Notes: a model not told the origin generated them from the sequence alone. Positions 25,048-36,163 are shown, counted from the first letter of the stretch. The stretch is DNA of 64,000 nt from Octopus vulgaris (GCA_951406725.2 OX597814.1:204352001-204416000); one strand, 5' to 3'. Program-made: numbers and translations.

Positions 25048-27860
25048 ATTTTTCTTTATTAGCCACGCAGAGCCAAACATAGAGGGGGCAATACAATGTT
25101 GAACTTTTCTTCTTGAAAGAAAGGAAGAAAAAATACAATCAAAAGCATTTGGAATGTATAAACAGCAAAATAAGGCAGGGTAAAAATGTAAAACAGATTA
25201 GGTTTATTTGGGGGGGAAAAGCCTATGAAAAAGACCGTGGTAACCTCAGGCAGGGAAAAAACACAAGAGCAAAGCGCTCTCTCTCTCTCTCTCTCTTTTG
25301 GATTTACAGGATCATGCTTGAAATGGTTTCATCATTCACGCGTACCATCTTTGCTACATCCCCCCACCTTTTATTGAAATTTTCACGAATCAAAACTTCC
25401 CTCTCTATTCTCACCTTCCTTTTCAAGTGGTACTTGAAAAGGTTGATGAGCGATTGGCCAGAGAGGAAAGTGTTTGTCTCTAAACCTTTCACATGAGTCC
25501 ACCATACACATTCTTTCACCATAGCCACCAGTACAATGAAAACTGCCTTGCCTTCCTGGTTAAAGGAAGGTGGCGGGGCAATATTCACGATAGACTCAGC
25601 TGTTCTGCTGCCAGTTGTAGTAGAGTACTGCCAAGACACCTCCAAACAAGTCAGGCAAATGACAATAAAGCTCATAGAGGAGACCGTCTAAGCCTGGCAA
25701 CTTGTCTCCTGTGCAGCCTGCCATCGCATCCTGTACATTCACAGCTGTGATAGGTCTTTCACGAAACTTCACCTCTCTTGCCAAGAGTTGTGGCAGGCCA
25801 TGCAGATAGGCACTAGGGACCACCTTGCATTCTCACCCACCAGTTGTCCTGAACAGTCGGGCAGCTCCAATTCCTTCATTTCTCAGAGCATGCATCCTAG
25901 CTCTGACATCACATCCTTCATATTTGGCGTTGAAGTATTGGTCAAGGGCCAACCTCGCCACCAGCACGTTGGACGTGATGCCACTTCTAATTTCTCCTCT
26001 AATTTCTTAACTAGGTCTCCCTCTATTCTATTTCGATCTATTGCTAAAGGTTTACTATACCTAACCGATTCTGCTTTTATTGCTTTCTTTAGGGTATACC
26101 ACTATCTATTGTTGACGATGGTGCCCATCAATGCCCTCTTAACTAATGTGCTAATCCGGTCTCTGTAAACCTGGTGTGCTGTGAACAATGCATTCAGTTT
26201 CCAGTAAACCAGGACCCTGATTCTTATCTAAGTCAAGCGTACAAGTCACAAATTTGTGATCTGTGTAGCTGACTATATGAAATTGTGGACAATCTACACT
26301 ATCCCTATCCACTATGCTACAGAATACTCTAAATATGATCTGGACAACCCGATGCAGTTGCTCCATGTCCACACAGCACATTTGGATGGTTCAGACATTT
26401 GGAAATGTCTGAGCAGATCTTTGAGTCATTTAATTCCTCTCCTATCTCTACCCATGTAGTCTAGATGCATGTCCAAGGTAGCGTTCCAATCCCCCACTAA
26501 AAGTAAAGGTCAAGACATTCTCAGAAAAACCTCTAAACATCAAAAGAAATCCAGCCGACCTGTTAAGGATGGTGCATAAACTGTTATCAGTTGAAAAGCA
26601 CACCCATTACTACCATTGACATCCAAGATGACCAGCCAACCCTCTGGATCTAGGAATATTGCTTTTTGAGGTCCATATTCTTCTGAAAAAGCACTGCAGT
26701 ACCACCTCCACCCATTCTCAGCAGACACGGAGAAAAATAAATGTCGAATTGTCCGCCAAACATGTGCAGGAGAGCCTGTGGTTTGTGAAATCTGGTCTTA
26801 CTGATGGCTATGATATGCACATTCTGTGACTTGATTTCATTTAACAGGTAGCCTTGCACTTTTATACAACCTATTCTAAGCATGTTCCTATCGAAAGTTG
26901 TGCTTTAGACACAAAAGGAAAAAGAAAAGAATGAGAGAGAGTCACTGTTCGAAAGTTGGTTGTTCTTCTCTCAGAAGGTTTTTGTATATTTCTTTCTTCT
27001 TTTTGATAAGTACTTTTGAAATCTCCCTACTGCATCTGGGTAGAGAGATTTCAGTGTGTTGTGTATGTTTTGTGTCATGTGTAGGATTTTTATGTGTTAT
27101 GGTGGTAGTGTTGTGTGTGGATGATTGCTTGTTTTGACATAGTCTCCTGTTATGTTGGTCTTTGACCCAATGTATTATATTAGGACTGAATTGTTTGTGC
27201 TTATTGCTGTCAACATTGTGAGGCCATTTGGTGCTTGTGTGTTTGTATTGTTGGTGGTAATGTGTGCGTTTTGTGTGAGAGTTTGTGTTGGTGGTAATGT
27301 GTGTGTTTTCAGGAGCAATGACTCTCCTTGATTTGATTGATTTCGTGTCTTTTCTTCTTTCCCCTTTTTCTTCTCCCCACCCCATGTAGTCATTTGCCAT
27401 TCTTCTGTATCGCCTTCATCCAACGACATGTTGGAGGAATCAGAAGCGAGGGGAAGGGTATTGGGATCAATTTGTGTTATTGTTGTTGATGTTGCTTCTG
27501 TTGGTGTTGGTTGGTGGTTGTTGGGATGTGATGTATGGGTTGATGGGGATGGGGTTAGTTTTTTTCCTTTTTTTTTTCTTCTGGGTTAGATGCTTGTGTT
27601 GTTGTTGATGATGGTGATGGTGTCTCTGTACTTGGTGGCACTAATGTTGTGTGGTTGGTCTAGCTTTTTGGTTGGTGGAGCTAATATGAAAATTAGCCCT
27701 TAAAGGGCAAATTTTCAAGCAAGATTCGCTCTAGGCCAAACAGATATTATTAGGAACCTTTCTGACAAAAATATATACAGGTATACATAAGCAAACACGA
27801 CAAAATATATGAACTTACGTGAGACGACGCGAACAACAGCCAATCAAAGAGAGAGACATT
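25048..27860 (-). mobile_element. Tx1/L1-clade LINE with both ends retained but RT domain deleted, in RPB7 intron
   Basis: Endonuclease remnants 26150-26880; pre-RT motif PGLDGLLYELY joined at about 25600 directly to the C-terminal AESIVNIAPP...; same family as 19628-22815. Confidence 0.88.
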
Positions 27861-27898
27861 GAATAGAATAATTCCCTGTTTGAACTTTTGTAATTACA

Positions 27899-27921
27899 TA
27901 TGTGTGTGTGTGTGTGAGAGA

Positions 27922-27960
<39 letters not shown>
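27899..27960. repeat. (TG)n(AG)n microsatellite
   Basis: Direct inspection. Confidence 0.95.
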
Positions 27961-27963
<3 letters not shown>

Positions 27964-28187
27964 AAGAAAGGACTAGAAATCTACGGATGCTCAAACGGAG
28001 AAAAAGAAACTAATATGGACGACTTGTTCCGAAACACCCCCGAGTGGGGAACGGTCCTCAAAAGTCCATTTGAGTCCTCAAAATATCCATTTTTCTGAAA
28101 GTTATGATCATCCAAATTGGGGGCAGGAATCTGTAGTTATGCCAAAAATACCTTAGGAATGAGAACCCAGGGTTGGGGTCAAAATTC

Positions 28188-29107
28188 GGTAAAATTACAG
28201 ATTATCACCCCCACGATTTTCACTAAGAAAAAAAAAAAAAACTCGGATTTTTTGCGTGGAATCAAATACCCTGACCTCCTAATATGCTGCAAATCCCATA
28301 TTTTGGTCCGGAATTCCTCCGGAAAGGGGGGGGGATTACCCCCCCCCCCGGAATTTTCACAAGGAAAAAAAAAAATCAGATTTCTAGCGTGGAATCAAGT
28401 ACCCTGACCTCCTAATATGCTGCAAATCCCATATTTTGGTCCGGAAAGGGGGGGGGGTAACACCACCCCCCTGGAATTTTCACAAGAAAAAAAAAATCAG
28501 ATTTTTTGCGTGGAATCAAGTACCCTGACCTCCTAATATGCTGCAAATCCCATATTTTGGTCCGGAATTGCTCCGGAAAGGGGGTAACCCCCTCCCCCGG
28601 AATTTTCACAAGGAAAAAAAAATAACATATCAATAATTTAGAAAAGAAACATTTCTAGAAAATAGTAAATTGAAGTGTCAACAAATTATTGGGCAAAATT
28701 GAAGTGTGAACAAATCATTGGGCAAAAGAAGATTTGGCATACTGTCATGCTTTTAGCTGTCAGAAGTGAAAGTCGTCAACTTCGTGTATTTGCGTCAGGT
28801 TCGCTGTTAGGCTTATAAAACAATAGAAGTTCAGTTTAAAGTTTATAAATAAATACATTTCATTCCATGTTCTGTTTAAACTTTATAAATAAATATATTC
28901 TTGCAGTGTGTGTATATGTGGCTATATGTCTGACTAATGTGTGTGTCTGTATTTATTGTATGTGTGTATAAGTAGTTATATGCTTATATTATCCATTATA
29001 GTAATATTTGTCTGTTGAAACCTGTTTTAAGGCGGTCAATAGTTTAATTAAAGATGTATCTATACATGTATATATATATATATATACAGGTGTATATATA
29101 CATGTGT

Positions 29108-29151
<44 letters not shown>

Positions 29152-29519
29152 TATACAGAGGAACCCCTGTACAATAATTTAATAGTCTTATGCACACATA
29201 TCTGCACAGGAGAATTAAAAATTACTGCCGATTTTAGCAGTTTTGCAACTTCTTGCGGAACCCTGGTTGAAAACCACTGGTCTAGCATAACAGTATGTTT
29301 TGCTGAGAATTAATCCACTTTTTTTGACAGCAAGAGGTAAGTTTGTCTGAATTTTATCCATTACATTATCCATTATAGTAATATTTGTCTGTTGAAACCC
29401 GTTTTAAGGCGGTCAATAGTTTAATTAAAGATGTGTCTATACATGTATATATATATACATGTGTATATATATATATTTATATATACATGTGTATATATAT
29501 AGACATGTGTATATATATA

Positions 29520-29554
<35 letters not shown>

Positions 29555-30353
29555 ACACATGTATATATACACCTGTATATATATATATATATACATGTAT
29601 AGATACATCTTTAATTAAACTATTGACCGCCTTAAAACAGGTTTCAACAGACAAATATTACTATAATGGATAATATAAGCATATAACTACTTATACACAC
29701 ATACAATAAATACAGACACACACATTAGTCAGACATATAGCCACATATACACACACTGCAAGAATATATTTATTTATAAAGTTTAAACAGAACATGGAAT
29801 GAAATGTATTTATTTATAAACTTTAAACTGAACTTCTATTGTTTTATAAGCCTAACAGCGAACCTGACGCGAATACACGAAGTTGACGACTTTCACTTCT
29901 GACAGCTAAAAAGCATGACAGTATGCCAAATCTTCTTTTGCCCAATGATTTGTTCACACTTCAATTTTGCCCAATAATTTGTTGACACTTCAATTTACTA
30001 TTTTCTAGAAATGTTTCTTTTCTAAATTATTGATATGTTATTTTTTTTTCCTTGTGAAAATTCCGGGGGAGGGGGTTACCCCCCCTTTCCGGAGCAATTC
30101 CGGACCAAAATATGGGATTTGCAGCATATTAGGAGGTCAGGGTACTTGATTCCACGCTAGAAATCTGATTTTTTTTTTTCCTTGTGAAAATTCCGGGGAG
30201 GGGTAATACCCCCCCCTTTCCGGAGGAATTCCGGACCAAAATATGGGATTTGCAGCATATTAGGAGGTCAGGGTATTTGATTCCACGCAAAAAATCCGAG
30301 TTTTTTTTTTTTTCTTAGTGAAAATCGTGGGGGTGATAATCTGTAATTTTACC
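28188..30353. mobile_element. Foldback non-autonomous DNA transposon (Merlin-like) with very long TIRs and about 125-bp subterminal tandem units
   Basis: GGTAAAATTACAG...CTGTAATTTTACC; perfect 8-bp TSD CAAAATTC (28180-28187, 30354-30361); arms about 28188-29110 and 29560-30353 are near-identical inverted copies. Confidence 0.93.
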
Positions 30354-30372
30354 CAAAATTCTACCAGGACAC

Positions 30373-30450
30373 CTGATTGAAGGCTGGAGAGTAAATCAGC
30401 TGAAACCTTGTGGTAACAAGATGAGGACACATATCCGTCTAATGTAAATA
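30373..30450 (+). mobile_element. Penelope-like fragment with degenerate hammerhead motif
   Basis: CTGATTGAAG-GCTGG-AGAGTAAA-TCAGC-TGAAAC; core has an extra base. Confidence 0.5.
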
Positions 30451-31133
30451 AATGAAAAGTTCAAAATTGGGGGAGGGGATGAAATTTGAGCCCCTTATTA
30501 AACTTTATAACATTAATTATTAAACACATAGTTTGTTTCTCAAAAAATGGTGTATATTTAATTTACATTTAATTATTATTTATGATTATTTAAGGCAAAC
30601 ACAAGTAAAGCGCAAATTCTTTTCACTAACGTTTTCGTCTATATTTAATTTCGATTTGCATTTGTTCGTCAATTCACTACAATCTCTTTAAAATAAACAA
30701 AATCAAAATTTTAAATTGGTGGTGGGGGTGAAATTAAAAAGAACTTTTTGCATATTCGTAATCTCTGACATCTAAAAAGGATAGTAATCCCCCAAAAATT
30801 TTTTTTTATGGATTTTTCAAGGAAATGTGCGATTTGTATATCTAGGATTATTGTCCAGTGTGATTTGAGTGAATGTGGCTATTGTTTTTCGTAGGCCGAG
30901 CAGCTGTGCAGATGGGTTCTAGCTATTTCACGTTCTTTTAAGCAGTTTTTTTAAGCAGTAGGTGTGAACTGAATTGATAATAAATACTCATAATATTTAT
31001 AATTGATACCACATGGAAGCTTTCAGTGTTAATTCATATAAACCTGTTTAAACATATAATTAAATGCATTTCTATTTAAACAAACAATATTATCAAACTT
31101 CCATTAGAAATTATACTGAATATACCAAACTAC

Positions 31134-31377
31134 CTTTGAATGGTCTGAAGACGATCGCTTTGTATTTAACAGGATAAACAACGAAACCTCTGCTCGGTTG
31201 AATCAGTCCGGCACCAATGTTATCGATCGATGTGACAGCAATAACAAATCCATATTTCCCTGTACAGGTTCCTTCCACTTCTGTAAATAATTTCTTTCGT
31301 ACAATGTTTAGTAGATTGGGGCCAAAGTATCGAGGATGAAGTAGAATTTCATGTTCTAATGACACATGGTAAAACAT
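31134..31377 (-). CDS. POLR2G: RNA polymerase II subunit RPB7, coding exon 1 of 2
   Basis: [23 protein letters not shown]...[10 protein letters not shown](G); donor AAAG|GTAGTT, phase 1, matching exon 2. Confidence 0.98.
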
Positions 31378-31869
31378 ACTGCCAGGTAAGTTAATAACTC
31401 AAATGGAGAAAAACCCGCTATTGTATAAATATGCTGTCTACGTCACTAAAACGTGCGTACTGACTCTGAATAGCTTTGAGCTAAACGTTTCATTCTTTGT
31501 GCTTCCGTCTCTATACCGGTCTGGAATCCTTGGCCTGATCTTGATTCTCATGCTTGCCATTTCTTTACATAAAAAAAAGCATAACCACAACTCTCCTGTT
31601 CTCCCTGTTCGTTCATATGTGATCTCTCTTTGGCTCAACTTTTGTTGATGTCTTAGTATATTTTGGCATAAAACATTTGCAGTATTTGTGCAAACTCTTT
31701 ACGTTCTGAGTTAAATCCTACCAAGATTAAATTTGCCTAATTGACCTACCTTTGTCATCAATTCTTTAATAATTATAATCCATGACATTACTGTTCGTCT
31801 TCTTCTTCGACCTGTTTCCTTCATTATTCCTCTATCAACACTTAACTCTTTTCACTATTATCTTAGCGT

Positions 31870-32053
31870 GGTCGATGCCAGTGCCGTGTCACGTAAAAAA
31901 CACCCACTACACACTCAGATTGGTTGGGGTTAGGAAGGGCATCCAGCTGTAGAAACCTGTCCTGATCAGATTGGAGCCTGGTGCAGCCTCCTGGCTTGCC
32001 AGTCTTCAGTCCAACCCATGCCAGCATGAAAAACAGACGTTAAACGATGATGA
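31870..32053 (+). mobile_element. RTE 3'-UTR fragment / RTE-tailed SINE
   Basis: GTTAGGAAGGGCATCCAGCTGTAGAAAC...CCAACCCATGCCAGCATG...TTAAACGATGATGAT; same as the 3' UTR of the RTE at 56840-57800. Other copies about 37860-38210, 38510-38710, 51160-51330, 56405-56670. Confidence 0.8.
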
Positions 32054-32849
32054 TTTCTTCTATCATGCTTTTAAATCTACTTTTGCACGCCCTGCAATCT
32101 GCAAAACGACCTAACTCCTGCCTGTGTCACGAAAAAAAAAAAAAACATTAAGCACGCTCTGTAAAATAGAAACCATACCAAATTTGAAACATTGGTGCAC
32201 GGTGTGTCTTTACAACCTCTTGAACCGCCCAACCTATGCCAGCATGGAAAACGGGCGTAAAAAATAATAATAATAGTCCTTTCTACAAAAGGCACAAGGC
32301 CAGAATTTCTTGTGGGAGGGAATTAGTCGATTACATAGACCTCAGTATTTCACTGGTACTTAACTTATCGACACCTCGAAAGGAGGAAAGGCAAGACGAC
32401 GATAACGAACTATGAGACCATGGTGAAAGATCGTTTCCTTTCTTGGTGAACTCGTCTCCAACAATTTATCTGTGTGGTTGTATGCATATGTGTGTGTGTG
32501 TTTGGTTGTAGATAAATTGTATCCGTAAATAAATTGCTGTAGATGAATTGTTGTCAATGAATTGTAGAAAAATTCGTCGGGTACCGTTCATCCAATGCTT
32601 GTCATTTCTGTATTCTGAGTTAAGTTGTAAATTTGACCTACCATTATTATATCCGAATTATAATAGAATATCTAATTATTAGACATAGATCATATAGAGA
32701 TTTTAAAGGCACACACTCACACATATATATATACATACATCTCATATATATATGAAATGGATATATATATATGCATACATAGTATGACTAATGATTACGA
32801 ACAGAATATTTCATTTTCAAATAAATATAACAAATAAAATAACCAAAGC

Positions 32850-32864
32850 AAAAAAGAACAAAAA
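32850..32864 (-). terminator. Pol III terminator (T5 then T6) for tRNA-Arg
   Basis: TTTTT begins 7 nt after the discriminator base, followed by TTTTTT. Confidence 0.75.
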
Positions 32865-32870
32865 GAGCTG

Positions 32871-32943
32871 CGACCACGACGAGACTCGAACTCGCAATCT
32901 TCTGATTCGAAGTCAGACGCCTTATCCATTAGGCCACGCGGCC
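32871..32943 (-). tRNA. tRNA-Arg(TCG)
   Basis: GGCCGCGTGGCCTAATGGATAAGGCGTCTGACTTCGAATCAGAAGATTGCGAGTTCGAGTCTCGTCGTGGTCG: 73 nt, all stems pair, anticodon TCG, intact A and B boxes. Confidence 0.96.
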
Positions 32944-34779
32944 ACCCTGTCAAAGACTTCGGAAATTATTACTAATATATTATAGAAAATGAATTTTTTT
33001 GCCCTTATTTTTAATTGTTTCGTAAATTTTTTATTGTTTCCTGCGAGTCATATAATATGCTGTCATTTTGCACAAAGTCATCTTATTTATGCCGAATACT
33101 GACCTATATTACTTTATATTTTGTTCCTATAAGATTTTTCCGTAACGATTTATCAGGTGTTGTTCAGCATTTTTAAAATGCATTGGAAATAAAAATGAAG
33201 CTGTAACTTTTATTAATTAGAGTATATTTACGATTATTAATTTATTTCTCTTCTGTTTTGAAATAATTCTACATAAAATTCCGATCGTTCGGTAGCTTTC
33301 CGAGATTCCCGCGAGATTTCATCATAGAACGCAAATACGAACATGGGAGAAACTTCCCTCAGTATTTTGCTCGATTTGTTAAACGTTAAAAATTGCTATT
33401 ATTTCTTCTTGCTCAGCATTTATATGTGTGTTGATTTGTAATTTACATATAATTTGACATTAACAGAATTTAATATAAATAAAGACTGTCTGGTTCTCTG
33501 AGAAAGTTGAGAATTTGTATAAGATACTTTATATAGACTATTATTTAGTAAAAAATGCAGAATTTACGAGAGCAAAATCATGGGCTTGTGGTGACATAAG
33601 CCCAGAAGCTAAAGATATAATAGGGGAAAGGCAGAAGCTGATCGCAATGATTTCACCCACGAACATCGCAAAGCTGACTTTTAATTTTTAAATGTAGATC
33701 GATCGACTCGGTTAAATCGAAGATCGATTTTATCCGTAACATTGGTGAAACGTGGGTTGTACCGACCGCACAGGGCAGCCACTTATACGTTTCCGCTAAG
33801 AAATATGTAAGGAAGTAGGTGGTCAGAATCCAACAACGCCACTCACCCATAAACATATCTTTTAATTGTTTCAGACACTGGACTGCGACACCAGTTCTTA
33901 TGTTTTTTTTAAAGTCTTGTACTTATTTTATCGCTCTCTTTTTCTGAACTGCTAGAATACGGTGACGTAAAACCAACACCGGTTATCAAGCGAGGACGGG
34001 ACAACAAGGACACACACACACACGACGTGGTTCCAGTTTTCGTTTACCAAATTCACTTACAAGACATTGGTTAGTCTGAAGCCTTAGTCGAAGATTGTTG
34101 TCTAAGATGCCAACTGTGGGGACTGAAACCAAAGCTAAATGGTTGCAAAGCAAGCTTAACCATAGAGTCTTGCCTCTGCTTGTAATACCGAGGTTTTTTG
34201 TGTCTGTTTATTGTTCATTTATTTCCTATATATCAATATCGTTTTCATTTTGTAACTATGCTTAAAGAGGGTTTCAAAACAACTTTGCAGAATATCTATA
34301 ACAATGCCAGAAAATTTTGCGACCTTGGACTAAGGCATAACACTGGTGAGGTCAGGCCATGGTTCAATGGTGTCTGCAATAAGGGCAGACTTTATTCTTT
34401 GTAAACCTAGTATTATTCTATCAGTGTCTTTCGCCGAACCGCTAAGTTACGGGAACGTAAACACACCAGCATCGGTTGTCAAGCGATGTTGCGGGGACAA
34501 ACACAGACATATATATATATATATATACATATATACGACGGGCTTCTTTCAGTTTCCGTCTACCAAATCCACTCACAAGGCTTTGGTCAGTTCGAGGCTA
34601 TAGTAGAAGACACTTGCCCAAAGTGCCACGCAGTGGGACCGAACCCGGAACCATGTGGTTCGTAAGCAAGCTACTTGCCACACAGCCACTCCTACATGTA
34701 GGTGAGGCAAGATTTTGGCATCAATTAATAATTATTCTGTAAGGTATTGTATTTTAGTGATAACAGTTATCATGTGGAG

Positions 34780-35720
34780 GGTATCCCATTTAATGGTGTC
34801 AGGTTACAAATGAGTTCGTGTAACCTGAGTAGGCTATAATCTCTATGGGCAACAGGTATTGTATTTTCAGCCATTGTGTGGGGCACAGCTAGGCCTGGGG
34901 TGGTATATTTAGGTCAGCTGAAAGCCTTAAGTTCATTAACAGAGCATATTTCTGGTGGCAACTATTGGTAGATACTACAGGCTGGAAGAGTTTGTGTAGT
35001 TTCTCGTGAAGTCAGAGTAGGCAATCACAAACTCCAGGTAAGCAAGGAGTGACTTTATCAAGGATGCTCCATGTGATGTTGGGGAAGTTGTTTTGATGGT
35101 TCCAGATTCTCCAGATGAAGAGAAACAGGGAGGTGGAGGTTTCCTGGTTCCTACACCTGAAAGAGTGCATGTGTTTGTGTATATATTCCATTCAAAATCA
35201 TTGGCTGTCATGCCTGTAAATGTCTTGTGATGTCATCAAATGATGCGAGAGTGCTCTTCAGACTAAAGCAAATGAAAGGCCCAAATGGGCACTTAGTAGG
35301 ATCTCAACACTTACGGATTGAAGTGTAGGATGGAGACCATGTGGCTGTTTATTTGTGTCCTGAAACCTTCAATGTTGGAAGCAATATTATCAAAGCATGA
35401 GTTACTAACCTTGAGTTAAATTAAATAGCTCATATCTATGGGTGCTTGGGAAATACTTTTTAACTAGCATCAAGAAGCTTCTAGCAACACAAATTGAAAC
35501 CTCTTGATTGAATGGAGTGTTGAGTCAAATTACTTTCTTCTTTCTCTCACCAGATATGGAATGGAAGGGATCCTTCATTATTGATAAAGCCACTACTGGC
35601 TTGAACCTTGCTCATGGGCTGCCCTGTTGATCATTCTGTTCCTTGATAGAATCATCTTTTGATGCCTATTACTAAGTTCCTAATTACAGCAGGTGTTCAA
35701 GTGAGGAGTCTATCAATATA
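34780..35720 (-). mobile_element. Highly degenerate Gypsy-like pol (RT/RNase H) remnant
   Basis: GC-richer block; fragmentary minus-strand motifs resemble TAF..P.G.Y....PFGL and P.N..EL.AF; heavily frameshifted. Confidence 0.45.
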
Positions 35721-36163
35721 AAGAGTTACCTCATTGAGCTCTCTATAAGGATATGTTGTAGTGAAAATAGTTCTCCCTCCCCACATGACAAAGTGGTATG
35801 ACCCAGCCACTACAAAGTCAGACAGTCAGTTGTTGTAGGAGGTCAGTAGTAGTAGAATCATTGTGTTAGTCCTCAATTGGAGTCAGTGTTAGTTACGTGA
35901 TATATATATATGAGTTCGAGTTACCATCAAGGTAGACGTTTCAAAGTCATTGTCTTGTGGAGCTATAAGTTATAGCATGATAGACGAGTCTAGGATAATA
36001 AGACACAGAATACCACCACAACATAATAATGGTGACAAGAATATTACAGTGTCGACAACAACATACAAGTGGACGAGGATATACACAATTTACGTGGACA
36101 ACATTGGAAAAAAAAATTTTCATGAGAAATAAACAATTCACATGGATGATGTAGAAAAATTTT

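Noticed and set aside
28244-28620. Regularly spaced repeats resembling a CRISPR array
   Set aside because: Units are contiguous tandem copies with no unique spacers, lie inside a eukaryotic TIR, and no cas genes are present.
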